DNA from: Terriglobia bacterium
Lineage (GTDB): Bacteria; Acidobacteriota; Terriglobia; 20CM-2-55-15
Length of the DNA stretch: 64,000 nt
Direction of reading: 5' to 3'
NCBI GenBank assembly: GCA_963664115.2
Contig: CAXWPJ010000009.1
Coordinates: 1,152,001-1,216,000, forward strand
This document shows positions 52,339 through 61,599 of this stretch, piece after piece. Position 1 is the first letter of the stretch, and each line of letters opens with the position of its first letter. Both the position numbers and the translations under genes were made by a program. The notes under the pieces are model-generated. The model did no database searches. It was not told where the DNA came from and was given only the letters and a program-made list of their open reading frames with translations.

Positions 52339-53039
52339 AAGTCGGCGTCATCCAGTCAAATTATGTCCCGTGGCGCGGATACTTCGATTTCATTGACTCG
52401 GTCGATCTCTTCGTCTTCCATGATGATCTGCAGTACACCAAAAGCGATTGGCGCAATCGAAACAGAATCGTGACGCCACAGGGTCTACGCTGGATAACGG
52501 TTCCTGTTAATTACAGGAAAGTGAGTCAACGGATCGATGAGGTGTCGGTGGACTACAGCCAGAACTGGGCGATGCGCCATATCCGCCAAATTGAGGCCCA
52601 TTACCGACGGGCGCCATTCTTCCAGACCTACATCGACGAATTTTCCGAAATTATCAGTCAGGAATTTTCGAGTATCTCTCAGTTGAACGTCGCACTCAGC
52701 AAGTGGGTCATGCAGGTGTTGGATATCCGCACACCCACGATGATGTCCAGCGAGCTGAAGCTGACCGGGAGCAAGAGCGAGAGGCTCATTCTGTTGCTCC
52801 ATAGTGTGGGTGGAACAAGTTATCTATCAGGTCCAAGCGCCGCTGAGTATTTGGATCTGAAACTTTTTGACAGACATGGTATTCGAGTGGAGTACAAGGA
52901 TTATTCCTACCCCTCTTACCAGCAGCTCGCCGACCCGTTTTCGGGAGAGGCATCCATTCTTGATCTGCTTTTCAACACCGGCCCTGAGGCTCACCGGTAT
53001 CTGAAGAGCTGTGCCCCCGATCGCCTTGCGGCTGCCTGA
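52335..53039 (+). CDS. WbqC family protein
   Basis: QSNYVPWRGYFD, DDLQY, WRNRNRI, YLSGPSA, SILDLLFN. Confidence 0.92.
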   Translation: MKVGVIQSNYVPWRGYFDFIDSVDLFVFHDDLQYTKSDWRNRNRIVTPQGLRWITVPVNYRKVSQRIDEVSVDYSQNWAMRHIRQIEAHYRRAPFFQTYIDEFSEIISQEFSSISQLNVALSKWVMQVLDIRTPTMMSSELKLTGSKSERLILLLHSVGGTSYLSGPSAAEYLDLKLFDRHGIRVEYKDYSYPSYQQLADPFSGEASILDLLFNTGPEAHRYLKSCAPDRLAAA

Positions 53040-53044
53040 GCAAC

Positions 53045-54586
53045 ATGCGCGAATTGCTTAATGGTTTGCGTTCCCTAGAGAGGGCTTTACCTCCCGGCGA
53101 GATTGAAGCAGGAATGGAATTGCCCGATGACTGTGCCACCAAGATCGTTGCCATTCTGTCTGACACTAATTTCGTGCGCTTGCGTGAGGAGCACCAATTT
53201 TCATTCTTGGACTTTGTCCAGACGGCCTATGAGCGCACGCAGCATCCCTCGGCGCACCGGCTGGCTGCTGCCCTGCAAGGGGTTTTTCAGGTCCATCTCC
53301 AGAGTGGGCAGGTGACTCTCAGCCGGCTGCTCAAGACCTATGATTTCCTATATTTCTTGTACTGGAGCGCCGCCGTTTCAATCGAACAGCAGCGTGGTTT
53401 TGACAACGGAGTAGTGCGCCCGTTTTCCCGATACCTTCGGCGAAGCCCTTCTTCACGCGATAACGGCCGAGATATCGTGAGTCATCCACAGTCTCAAGAG
53501 AATCGGCAAATTCGTCTCTGCTACATGGCAGAGTTCGTCTATGACGATGGCGCCAACGCACTGGCTACGGTGATGAGAAACCTGTTTGCCGGCATGTCGA
53601 AATATTGTGGCAGCGACTATGAACTGTTCCTGTATGCATGGAAGCACAAATCCCAGGAACTCGTTGACAGCATCAAGGCACTTGGCGTTAAGGTGCGCAG
53701 CTTTGACCTCAGCGAGTATTCGGATAAAGAGCTGCTGGATTTGAGGCAGTCGTTTGCTTGCGACGAGATTGATGTTGTGATCACGGATATGAACTCTGCC
53801 GTGCCGCATTACCTGTTTGAGAACCGGGTCGCACCGGTCCAGATTTTCTATCAGTTGGGGCTTCCGTTCTGGCGGCTCCAGAATCTGGACGGCGTGTTTC
53901 AAGGATGGCAGATATCTCCGGAAAGGTTGGGCTTCATGCCCGAGCGATGTTTTACGATGGGGGCGCCCGAGTCGTTGCGGGACTCGAACCCGTCAGTGGA
54001 TCCGGCAAGAGTGCAGGCCGAACGACATCGGTTCCCAAGAAGCGAGTCCGTTGTCGGTTTCTACGGTAGATTGGTCAAGATCACCGCCGAGCACTGCGCC
54101 ATCGCCCGGCAAATTCTGGAGCGCAATCCCAGCACGATAGTCGTCCTCGGCGGTACGGGAAACGCCAGCTCGATTGTGCGATTCATTGAGGAAAACCAGC
54201 TCGAGGACCGTATGTTTGTCGTCAACGAGCAAGTTGATGGTCACGTCTGGGGGCACATTCTGGATGTCTTTCTGGATACGTTTCCACTACTGGGAGGATA
54301 CTCGTGCCGCGAGGTTATGGCTAAGGGCAAGCCTGTGGTTTATGTGCCGAGCGATGAGATGCCCAACCTCGGCACGCTACGCGATCCCGAATTGCGGTCT
54401 TCCGATGCTGAGGAGTATGTCGCACATGTCTCACGTCTCCTCAATGATCCTGATCACTATCGCCGGGCGAGCGAACGAGCGATCGCAATGGCGCCACCGC
54501 CCGATGCCGAGGCATTCGCCAGGAAATTCGATGCCGCAGTTAAGAAAGCGATTGCCACGTGCGATATCCCCGTATTGGCTTCCTGA
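53045..54586 (+). CDS. GT41/SPINDLY-like glycosyltransferase without evident canonical TPR repeats
   Basis: RVAPVQI, GRLVKI, DVFLDTFPLLGG...EVMAKGKPVV, EEYV. Confidence 0.65.
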   Translation: MRELLNGLRSLERALPPGEIEAGMELPDDCATKIVAILSDTNFVRLREEHQFSFLDFVQTAYERTQHPSAHRLAAALQGVFQVHLQSGQVTLSRLLKTYDFLYFLYWSAAVSIEQQRGFDNGVVRPFSRYLRRSPSSRDNGRDIVSHPQSQENRQIRLCYMAEFVYDDGANALATVMRNLFAGMSKYCGSDYELFLYAWKHKSQELVDSIKALGVKVRSFDLSEYSDKELLDLRQSFACDEIDVVITDMNSAVPHYLFENRVAPVQIFYQLGLPFWRLQNLDGVFQGWQISPERLGFMPERCFTMGAPESLRDSNPSVDPARVQAERHRFPRSESVVGFYGRLVKITAEHCAIARQILERNPSTIVVLGGTGNASSIVRFIEENQLEDRMFVVNEQVDGHVWGHILDVFLDTFPLLGGYSCREVMAKGKPVVYVPSDEMPNLGTLRDPELRSSDAEEYVAHVSRLLNDPDHYRRASERAIAMAPPPDAEAFARKFDAAVKKAIATCDIPVLAS

Positions 54587-54598
54587 GACGCCTTTTCG

Positions 54599-54835
54599 CC
54601 AGAGATCATTAGCCACACCGTCTGCCTCCTACGATCGGTTTGGCCTCAGCCGGCAGCCCTTGCTCACCTCGACTGTCGACGAGGAGAGGCCCGCGGCAGA
54701 GGACCTGGTTTTTCCAACAGATTGACTTCCAGGACAATCAGATGGCCAAAGCGTTGACAACTTGGAAAGGGCCTGTCCTCGCCGCCCAGCCAATTCAGCG
54801 GGTTAGCTGCCACATCAGATTGGCAGTCTAATTGC
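54599..54835 (+). repeat. Non-coding ~240-bp element, copy 1, ending in a sigma54-type site
   Basis: Collinear blocks shared with 61279-61528; TGGCAGTCTAATTGC at 54821-54835. Confidence 0.75.
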
Positions 54836-54849
54836 GTATTTCGAGGCTT

Positions 54850-56091
54850 ATGAGTAGTCCATACTCCAGAACTGAGTCCATTGTTGAACCCGAAGACATC
54901 GGCCGCTTCCCGCGCGTGGCTTTGAAAACCGACAACCCAATCGCCGTCAATAGCGTTGATCACCTGTATCCACTAGGGACGATGCAGGACAATTTTCGTT
55001 CACCTGCATTTACCAATAAGCTGATTGATCTTTACTCGGGTCTGCCGATGACAGTTCTCGATATTGGATGCGCCGGTGGTGGGTTTGTTAAGGAAGTGAA
55101 CGAATTCGGATTTCTCGGTGTGGGACTGGAGGGAAGCGATTATTCTCTGCGGCACCGCCGCGCTGAGTGGGCAACGATTCCGGATCGGCTGTTCACCTGC
55201 GATTGTACGAAACCTTTTTCACTGAGTTTTGAAGAGACAGAAAAGAAAAGCCCCGCAAAATTCGATGTCGTGACAGCATGGGAGTTTCTGGAACACATCA
55301 AAGAAGAAGACCTCAGTACAGTCTTTGAGAACGTAGCTTCTCATCTGAATCCGGAGACCGGAATTTTTGTTGCGTCAGTACACCTGCATTCATGCGAGTC
55401 GGAAGGTCATGAGTATCACGCGACCGTCAAGCCGGAGTGGTGGTGGCGCGACGTGTTCAGGAAGCACGGATTCTACATCATCGACCGTGCCCTGGACTAT
55501 TTCGACGAAGATTGGGTTCGTGGCTATCAGGACGATCAGGATGCAATCGGCACGTGCCATATCGTGGGCGCATTGCGCCACGATTCTGAAATCGTTCAGA
55601 GAATCGATCGAGCAGCATGCTCTAGTTTTGAGCATGGACATGTTGTCGCGACGGAACTCCGGCGAATAGCGAAATCAGCCTTCGAAAAGATTGAGTCGCT
55701 GGAGGGAATCGTTCAGCATCAGGCGCAGGGTTTTGTGGAAATCTCATTGCCCCAACTGCCAACCGTAGCGGCTCACGTCGTGGCTCGGTGCCGCGCGGAG
55801 CAATGGAAACACATCGCTCTTTATGGAGCCGGCAGCCACTCGGCCATGTTGATTCCCCTCTTGCGAAGCCTTGGCGGGCCATCGATCGAATCGATTCTCG
55901 TTTCCAGGCGGAATGAGGACAGCTTTGATGGTATTCCACTTGTTGAAGTTGGCAAAGCGCTGCCCGCCCTGGTGCAGGCGATTGTTCCATCGTCCCACCA
56001 ATCTGAGGCCAGTATGAAGCTGGCAGCTCGGGCCGCGTACCCGAAGATCCCATGGGTATTTCTGTGGAATCCGGATGAGGAACTGGGGTGA
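54850..56091 (+). CDS. Class I SAM-dependent methyltransferase with an extra C-terminal Rossmann-like domain
   Basis: VLDIGCAGGG, GLEGSD, FDVVTAWEFLEHI; C-terminal IALYGAG. Confidence 0.82.
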   Translation: MSSPYSRTESIVEPEDIGRFPRVALKTDNPIAVNSVDHLYPLGTMQDNFRSPAFTNKLIDLYSGLPMTVLDIGCAGGGFVKEVNEFGFLGVGLEGSDYSLRHRRAEWATIPDRLFTCDCTKPFSLSFEETEKKSPAKFDVVTAWEFLEHIKEEDLSTVFENVASHLNPETGIFVASVHLHSCESEGHEYHATVKPEWWWRDVFRKHGFYIIDRALDYFDEDWVRGYQDDQDAIGTCHIVGALRHDSEIVQRIDRAACSSFEHGHVVATELRRIAKSAFEKIESLEGIVQHQAQGFVEISLPQLPTVAAHVVARCRAEQWKHIALYGAGSHSAMLIPLLRSLGGPSIESILVSRRNEDSFDGIPLVEVGKALPALVQAIVPSSHQSEASMKLAARAAYPKIPWVFLWNPDEELG

Positions 56092-56289
56092 TAACGAGCG
56101 AAAGAACTCCGCGCTCTTCCTGATCCAGTGGCTTTCCGCTGGTCATTGTCCCGCGTTTGGCGACCAATTCCGGCACCGCCAAATCGTCTGTACCTACCAA
56201 GAAACTCATCGAGTCTGAAAATTGTCGCGATGTATGGCTCTGCGTCCATCGATCGCTCGCGCCGAGCAACGTCCCGAGTGCAGCACAGC

Positions 56290-57449
56290 TAGTGGTCCCC
56301 GTTAAACAGACTGTAACTTATCAAGATTTCGCCGGCCGCGCTGGACTTTAGCAAGGATGTCGGAAGCCGTTGCAGTCCAGATGAAGGGTTTCGGGTCTTC
56401 ATTGTGACGAGCGAGGTAGTCCTCCACGGCCTGGATCAACTCGGGGACCGAGCGGAAAACGCCACGCCGGAGTCGTTGCTCGGACAGATCCCGGAAAAAG
56501 CGCTCGACCATGTTGAGCCACGACGCACTGGTTGGCGTGAAGTGCACATGAAAACGCTTGTTACGCTTGAGCCAGTTGACGACTTTCTGATGTTTGTGAG
56601 TCGCATAGTTGTCGCAAATAATGTGGATCTCCTTATCTTTCGGCATGGCGCGTTTGATCTGATTCAGAAACCGGATCCATTCCTGATGGCGATGCTTTGG
56701 CATGCAGGTTCCGATGACCGAACCGTCCAGGATGTTGAGCGCGGCGAAAAGCGTGGTTGTCCCGTTACGTTTGTAATCGTGGGTCATGGTGCCACACCGC
56801 CCCTTCTTCAGAGGTAACCCGGGTTGCGTGCGGTCCAGGGCCTGCATCTGGCTCTTCTCATCGCAGGACAAGACAATGGCGTTTTCCGGTGGGCTCAGAT
56901 ACAGACCGACCACATCCTCCAGCTTTTCGGCGAATCGTTTGTCGTTGGATAGTTTGAAGGTTCGTGACAGATGAGGCTTCAGTCCATGGACCCGCCAGAT
57001 TTTCCCGACCGTGGACTCGCTCACGCCAACGGCCTTCGCCATCGAGGCCCGACTCCAGTGCGTCGCGTTCGGGGGCTTCTCTTCCAGTGTCTTCTTGACG
57101 ATCCGGGCTCGCTTCCGGCGACTGATCGTGGGAATCCGTCCGCTTCGCGGCGCATCCTTTTCGATCCCAGCCAAGCCCTGTTCCACAAAACGATTGCGCC
57201 AGCGGCCCGCTTTCTGGCGCGTGATCTCCAAGCGGGCGGCGATCTCATAATTGTTCCGACCTTCAGCGGCCAGTAATACAATTCGGGATCGTTCCGCCAA
57301 CCGGACCGATGTACTCCGGCTTCGACTCAGTCGCTCCAACTCCATCCGCTGCTTGTCATCCAATTCAATGGTCGGTGCTTTCCTCATTCTCTATTGGACG
57401 TTGGAAAGCTATTTTATTTTAGTTACATTACTTCGAGCGGGGTACACTA
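56290..57449 (-). mobile_element. IS630-family insertion sequence
   Basis: About 30-nt imperfect IRs CTAGTG-NN-CCCCG-N10-TGTAACT at both ends; CTAG/TA target. Confidence 0.9.
56302..57387 (-). CDS. IS630-family transposase
   Basis: DAPRSGR, THWS, CDEKS, YKRNGT, DNYATHK, TPTSASWLNMVE. Confidence 0.95.
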   Translation of the reverse strand: MRKAPTIELDDKQRMELERLSRSRSTSVRLAERSRIVLLAAEGRNNYEIAARLEITRQKAGRWRNRFVEQGLAGIEKDAPRSGRIPTISRRKRARIVKKTLEEKPPNATHWSRASMAKAVGVSESTVGKIWRVHGLKPHLSRTFKLSNDKRFAEKLEDVVGLYLSPPENAIVLSCDEKSQMQALDRTQPGLPLKKGRCGTMTHDYKRNGTTTLFAALNILDGSVIGTCMPKHRHQEWIRFLNQIKRAMPKDKEIHIICDNYATHKHQKVVNWLKRNKRFHVHFTPTSASWLNMVERFFRDLSEQRLRRGVFRSVPELIQAVEDYLARHNEDPKPFIWTATASDILAKVQRGRRNLDKLQSV

Positions 57450-57739
57450 GCGTCTGAGTGTGCGTCGATTCGGCCAATTGGCAATCCTACTGGAGGCAGG
57501 ATGAATCCCGGATGGTGTGGTCTGTGATACAGCGTGCCACCCACTCTAACGTTGGGAATGCCGGAACGCCCGGCGAACATGACACGATCGTTTGCAACCA
57601 ACAATTCCTCCCAATACATGCGGCTGGTCACAATGCTGTCAGGGTTGCTGAACGGGACGGAAGGTGGTGTACTATTTTGTACATGATCGATGAGGCTGAC
57701 GATTGATACCTTGCCTGATAGAAAGAATCGAGGTTCTGA

Positions 57740-58450
57740 ATGGATTACGCTCAACTCTACAAGACCGCCTTCCAGAGTGAGCCCGACGGTCCGCCAGCCT
57801 GGATTCGATTCCCTTTCCCTTGGGGGTCTCCCGAAGCGTTGGAGCTCCAAGCGACCATCTGGAAAATAGAGAGCCGTATGTGGAAACAGTTTTTGACGAA
57901 CGTCCACGATACCTTGATTGAAGGGGATCTGTTGGAATTCGGCGTGTCTGTAGGAAATAGCCTCGAACAATTGATCCAGTACTCAGAAGAGATCGGACTG
58001 AAGATCAATATTTACGGATTCGATAGTTTTGAAGGGCTACCTGAGCCTTCCTCTCTTGACGCCCCTTATTGGCAAAAGGGTCAGTTCGCCGCCGATTACG
58101 AATCCGTCTTGGAGCGGTTGAAAGCGAAATCTCGCCCTAGTGTTTCCCTCGTCAAGGGCTGGTTTTCAGATACGCTGGCGCGTCCTGACATCCGGGCGAA
58201 CATAACCTCCGTCGCCTTTGCCCGGATTGACTGCGACCTTTATCAGCCAGCTGCTGAATGTTTGGAATTTCTTGAGGGTCGGCTTGTGGATGGCGCCTAC
58301 CTGTGCTTTGACGATTGGACAGATAACCCGAACACCGGCGAGACGCGAGCATTCTTTGAATTCTTCGATAGGACGAAGTGCAAGTTCAGATTCGATCTGC
58401 TCTGCCGAATTTCTCTCGGCGGCATGCATATGCGCGTGTTCCATATTTAA
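57740..58450 (+). CDS. TylF/MycF/NovP-type O-methyltransferase
   Basis: EFGVSVG, GFDSFEGLPE, KGWFSDTL, IDCDLY, FDDW. Confidence 0.88.
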   Translation: MDYAQLYKTAFQSEPDGPPAWIRFPFPWGSPEALELQATIWKIESRMWKQFLTNVHDTLIEGDLLEFGVSVGNSLEQLIQYSEEIGLKINIYGFDSFEGLPEPSSLDAPYWQKGQFAADYESVLERLKAKSRPSVSLVKGWFSDTLARPDIRANITSVAFARIDCDLYQPAAECLEFLEGRLVDGAYLCFDDWTDNPNTGETRAFFEFFDRTKCKFRFDLLCRISLGGMHMRVFHI

Positions 58451-58828
58451 TCGTGAAGTCGGTCACCGCAGGATTTCTATGCGACAGTGCTAGAATTTGA
58501 GAAACTGCAGGTCGAAATCCATTCCATACCTCTTCCCAATCTTCCTGTACCTTCGTTCCAATGACGGAAGCGTAGTGGGTGGATAGTCAAAACAAAAGCA
58601 CTTTTGCAGTGAAGGCGAGATTAGGTTGTGGCGATTTCATCGCTCGATCAAGGTGAACACCGCCGCCGAGACTGCGTCACAGAGAATCAACGTCATCCTG
58701 AACTATTTTGAAGACCCGAAGGATTGAGTGCCGCTGCCGCAAAGCAGTTGATTCCTCCCTGCCTACCACTGAAATCCATGCTCAAGTCCAGTAAATATTG
58801 TCGGAAATTGACCGCTTGGACGTGTAGA

Positions 58829-58849
58829 GTTCGATTCCCGCCGCCTCCA
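58829..58849 (+). other. tmRNA (ssrA) 3'-end fragment, att-like site
   Basis: GTTCGATTCCCGCCGCCTCCA matches a T-loop, 3' T-stem and tmRNA-type acceptor strand; the 5' half is absent. Confidence 0.6.
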
Positions 58850-58956
58850 TTTCCATCTGTGACACGCCACGACGACTGTAGGTGCGAGAGTGCCCACCTA
58901 CCCCAGCGGAGAATCCCGAGAAGGAGGCTCGCCGCTTGAAGGGCCCATCGATACGC

Positions 58957-59670
58957 TTAAGATTGCTGCCCTAGGAAGTTGCCTTCATGCTCCGGCGTGT
59001 TCAGATCCGAAGGATTATTGAACTCAATTCTCGCAGGCACTTGATAGGAATCGAGACCGGGATCCTGAGGCAAGTAGCCGTTACGTTCCAGCCAGTCTAA
59101 GATTCGGCGCGTGCTTTCTTCGATGGTTTGTTGATCGGTGTGAACCACTATATCCGCTCGCTTCGGTGGTTCGTAAGGATCCGAAACCCCTGTGAAGTTG
59201 GATATCACTCCGTCGAGCGCCTTCCGATAGAGACCTTTGACATCCCTTGCGATCAGAGTATCGAGGGAACACTCCACGTAGACTTCAACAAACCGGCTTG
59301 AATCGTGGTCGGCACGGACTGCGTCGCGCGTGGTGCGGTACGGAGAAATCGCCGCTACGATCGTACACACTCCGTTACGGCTGAGTAAGTTCGCGACGAA
59401 GCCGATACGCCTGACGTTTGTATTTCGGTCCTCCTTGCTGAAACCGAGGCCCTTGGACAAGGTTTCCCGCACCAAGTCGCCGTCCAGCAATTCAACAGAT
59501 AGTCCTTTGAAATGTAGTCTTTTCACGATCTCACAGGCAAGACTGCTCTTCCCAGCACCAGACAGGCCTGTGAGCCACAGCGTCCAACCGGAATCGGGCT
59601 CTTGCTCCATCAGTCGCCTATGCTCTCCGGCCTCGTCTCTGGGTTCTTCGTTTTCTACAAGTCCGTTCAT
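58957..59670 (-). CDS. cysC: Adenylyl-sulfate (APS) kinase; start uncertain (59670 or 59610)
   Basis: WLTGLSGAGKS, LLDGDLVR, LGFSKEDR, ISPY, RDVKGLY, FTGVSDPYE. Confidence 0.93.
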   Translation of the reverse strand: MNGLVENEEPRDEAGEHRRLMEQEPDSGWTLWLTGLSGAGKSSLACEIVKRLHFKGLSVELLDGDLVRETLSKGLGFSKEDRNTNVRRIGFVANLLSRNGVCTIVAAISPYRTTRDAVRADHDSSRFVEVYVECSLDTLIARDVKGLYRKALDGVISNFTGVSDPYEPPKRADIVVHTDQQTIEESTRRILDWLERNGYLPQDPGLDSYQVPARIEFNNPSDLNTPEHEGNFLGQQS

Positions 59671-60051
59671 ATCATTCAACAATGCAATTGAAAAACCAAA
59701 GATCCGAGTTTGGAGCATCGTACTAACCTCATCCAAATAAGAACCTTATCCGTCATAGGGGCATTCTCAGAGTCCAAGCCTGAAAAGCGGAGTCAAAAAC
59801 GTGACGGCCGTCGGCAACTCCTGGCCGAGGAGGTCTTACTGACGCTCCTTCCGAAAGCGACGATTTCCCAGAAACGATTGGTCTCTAAACGGGGGGAACG
59901 CCAAAACTCTGGAAACTCTACTTTAGAACTCTCTACTTGACGGGGAAGCTTACGCGGTCATACGCATCGAACGTTCCAGTGGTGGAGAGAGGTGGACCCC
60001 ATACGTTGGACAGCGTGGCAGCCAATTTAAGGTGGATTCCGCGGTTCATGT

Positions 60052-60900
60052 TTATGCTGCCGAGGTCAGTGGCCGTGTTCCCGCGTAGGCTTCGCTCGGC
60101 GTGAGATCGTCGAGTTTGGAATGCGGGCGGTCGTTATTGTAATAGTTCATCCAGACACCTATGTGGTGCCGGGCATCTTTGAAGTCACTGAAGGCGTTTA
60201 GATAAACGCATTCGTATTTGATCGAGCGCCATAGGCGTTCGATGAAAACGTTGTCGATCCATTGCCCCTTGCCGTCCATGGAGATCCGGATACCTCGTTC
60301 TTTAAGTCGGTCCGTCCAGGCCTTGCTGGTGAACTGGCTGCCCTGATCGGTGTTGAAGATTTCCGGACTGCCGTATTCCTCGATCGCCTCGTCGAGGGCT
60401 TCAAGGCAAAACGTCGTGTCCTGGGTGTTGGACAGCCGCCAGGACAACACCTTCCGCGTATGCCAGTCCATGATCGCGACCAGATATAAGAATCCGTGCG
60501 CCATCGGGATATACGTCACGTCGGTAGACCACGCTTGATTCGCCCGCTCCACGGCAATGTCGTTGAGTAGATATGGGTACACCGGATGAGCCGGGTTTCT
60601 CCGGGACGTCTGCGGTGCCACCGAGCGCAGCCCCATCAACCGCATTAGTCGGCGTACCCGCTTCCGGCCCACATCGTAGCCGAGACGTTTCAGATGACGC
60701 GTCATCTGCCTGGACCCATACCAGGGCATCTTCAGATACGCCTCGTCGATCACGCGCATCAGGTCCAGATTGCGATCACTCTCACCCCGTGGCCGATAGT
60801 ACCAACTCGAACGGCTCAACCCGATCAAGTCGCATTGCCGGACCACACTGAGCTGCTCATGGCCCGGTTCGACCACCTCGCGCCTTCGACCCAAGCTCAT
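60052..60900 (-). CDS. IS3 transposase OrfB
   Basis: YGSRQM, WSTDVTY, NTDQGSQF, DNVFIERLWRS. Confidence 0.92.
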   Translation of the reverse strand: MSLGRRREVVEPGHEQLSVVRQCDLIGLSRSSWYYRPRGESDRNLDLMRVIDEAYLKMPWYGSRQMTRHLKRLGYDVGRKRVRRLMRLMGLRSVAPQTSRRNPAHPVYPYLLNDIAVERANQAWSTDVTYIPMAHGFLYLVAIMDWHTRKVLSWRLSNTQDTTFCLEALDEAIEEYGSPEIFNTDQGSQFTSKAWTDRLKERGIRISMDGKGQWIDNVFIERLWRSIKYECVYLNAFSDFKDARHHIGVWMNYYNNDRPHSKLDDLTPSEAYAGTRPLTSAA

Positions 60901-61178
60901 CGATTGAAGGCTCGTGCTAAAAAATCCCGTTCCACGACCAGTTCACCGATCTTGGCCTGCAGGTCTTTGATCTCGTCCTCGTGGTTCCGGGCCGATGGAT
61001 CCCGGCCTCGCTGGAATCCTTCTTTAACGCTATCAAGCGCATCACGCTTCCACTTCGTGATCATGTTCGGATGGATCTTGTACCGCGCCGCCAATTCGGC
61101 CATCGTGCCGTCGCCACGCATCGCGGCCAGCGCTACCTTCGCTTTGAAATCTGCTGAAAAATTCCGTCGTTTCGCCAT
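60897..61178 (-). CDS. IS3 transposase OrfA
   Basis: FKAKVAL...ELAARY...WK...KIGELVVERDFL. Confidence 0.92.
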   Translation of the reverse strand: MAKRRNFSADFKAKVALAAMRGDGTMAELAARYKIHPNMITKWKRDALDSVKEGFQRGRDPSARNHEDEIKDLQAKIGELVVERDFLARAFNR

Positions 61179-61278
61179 CGTCGTTAGGTCCTCTCATCTA
61201 TGCAGAGTCCACCTTATAACGCTGTCCTAATTTTGGGGGCCACTTCAGAGCCAACTGGAATCAAAATGCATCTGTCGG

Positions 61279-61528
61279 CCAGAGATCACTCACCACGCCG
61301 TCTGCCCTCCCTACTGTCCGTCTAGCCCCGTGCTGTCTCTTCGGCCTTAGCAGGCAGCGCTTGCTCACCTCGACAGTCCCGGGGCGACCGTTGCGGCGAA
61401 AGATCTAAGAACTGGTTTTACTGAAATGCAACACTTTCAAAGCGTCGACAATCTGGGAAACGCCAGTCTCCGCCGCTTGACCGATTCAGCGAGTCAGAAG
61501 CCACACAAGATCGGCAGGCAAATTAGCC
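61279..61528 (+). repeat. Non-coding ~250-bp element, copy 2 (degenerate sigma54 site, no downstream gene)
   Basis: Shares CCAGAGATCA, CCGTCTGCC, GGCAGC-CTTGCTCACCTCGAC-GTC, CAAAGCGT-GACAA, ATTCAGCG and GCCACA blocks with 54599-54835. Confidence 0.72.
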
Positions 61529-61599
61529 AGGGCCACCAGTTGTAACTTAAAGATTAATAAATGGATAGCGTTAGTGCGATTCCGGACCTTTTCAGAGGA

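Larger units (their letters stand above)
59988..61247 (-). mobile_element. IS3-family element (distinct from the 1490-bp copies)
   Basis: IRs AGAGGTGGACCCC...GGACAGCG / CGCTGTCC...GGGGGCCACTTCA with a 3-bp GAG direct repeat; one terminal TG reads AG. Confidence 0.88.

Noticed and set aside
58780-58855. Intact tRNA or tmRNA gene
   Set aside because: Only the 3' ~21 nt fit; no 5' acceptor strand or pairing T-stem, and no CCA
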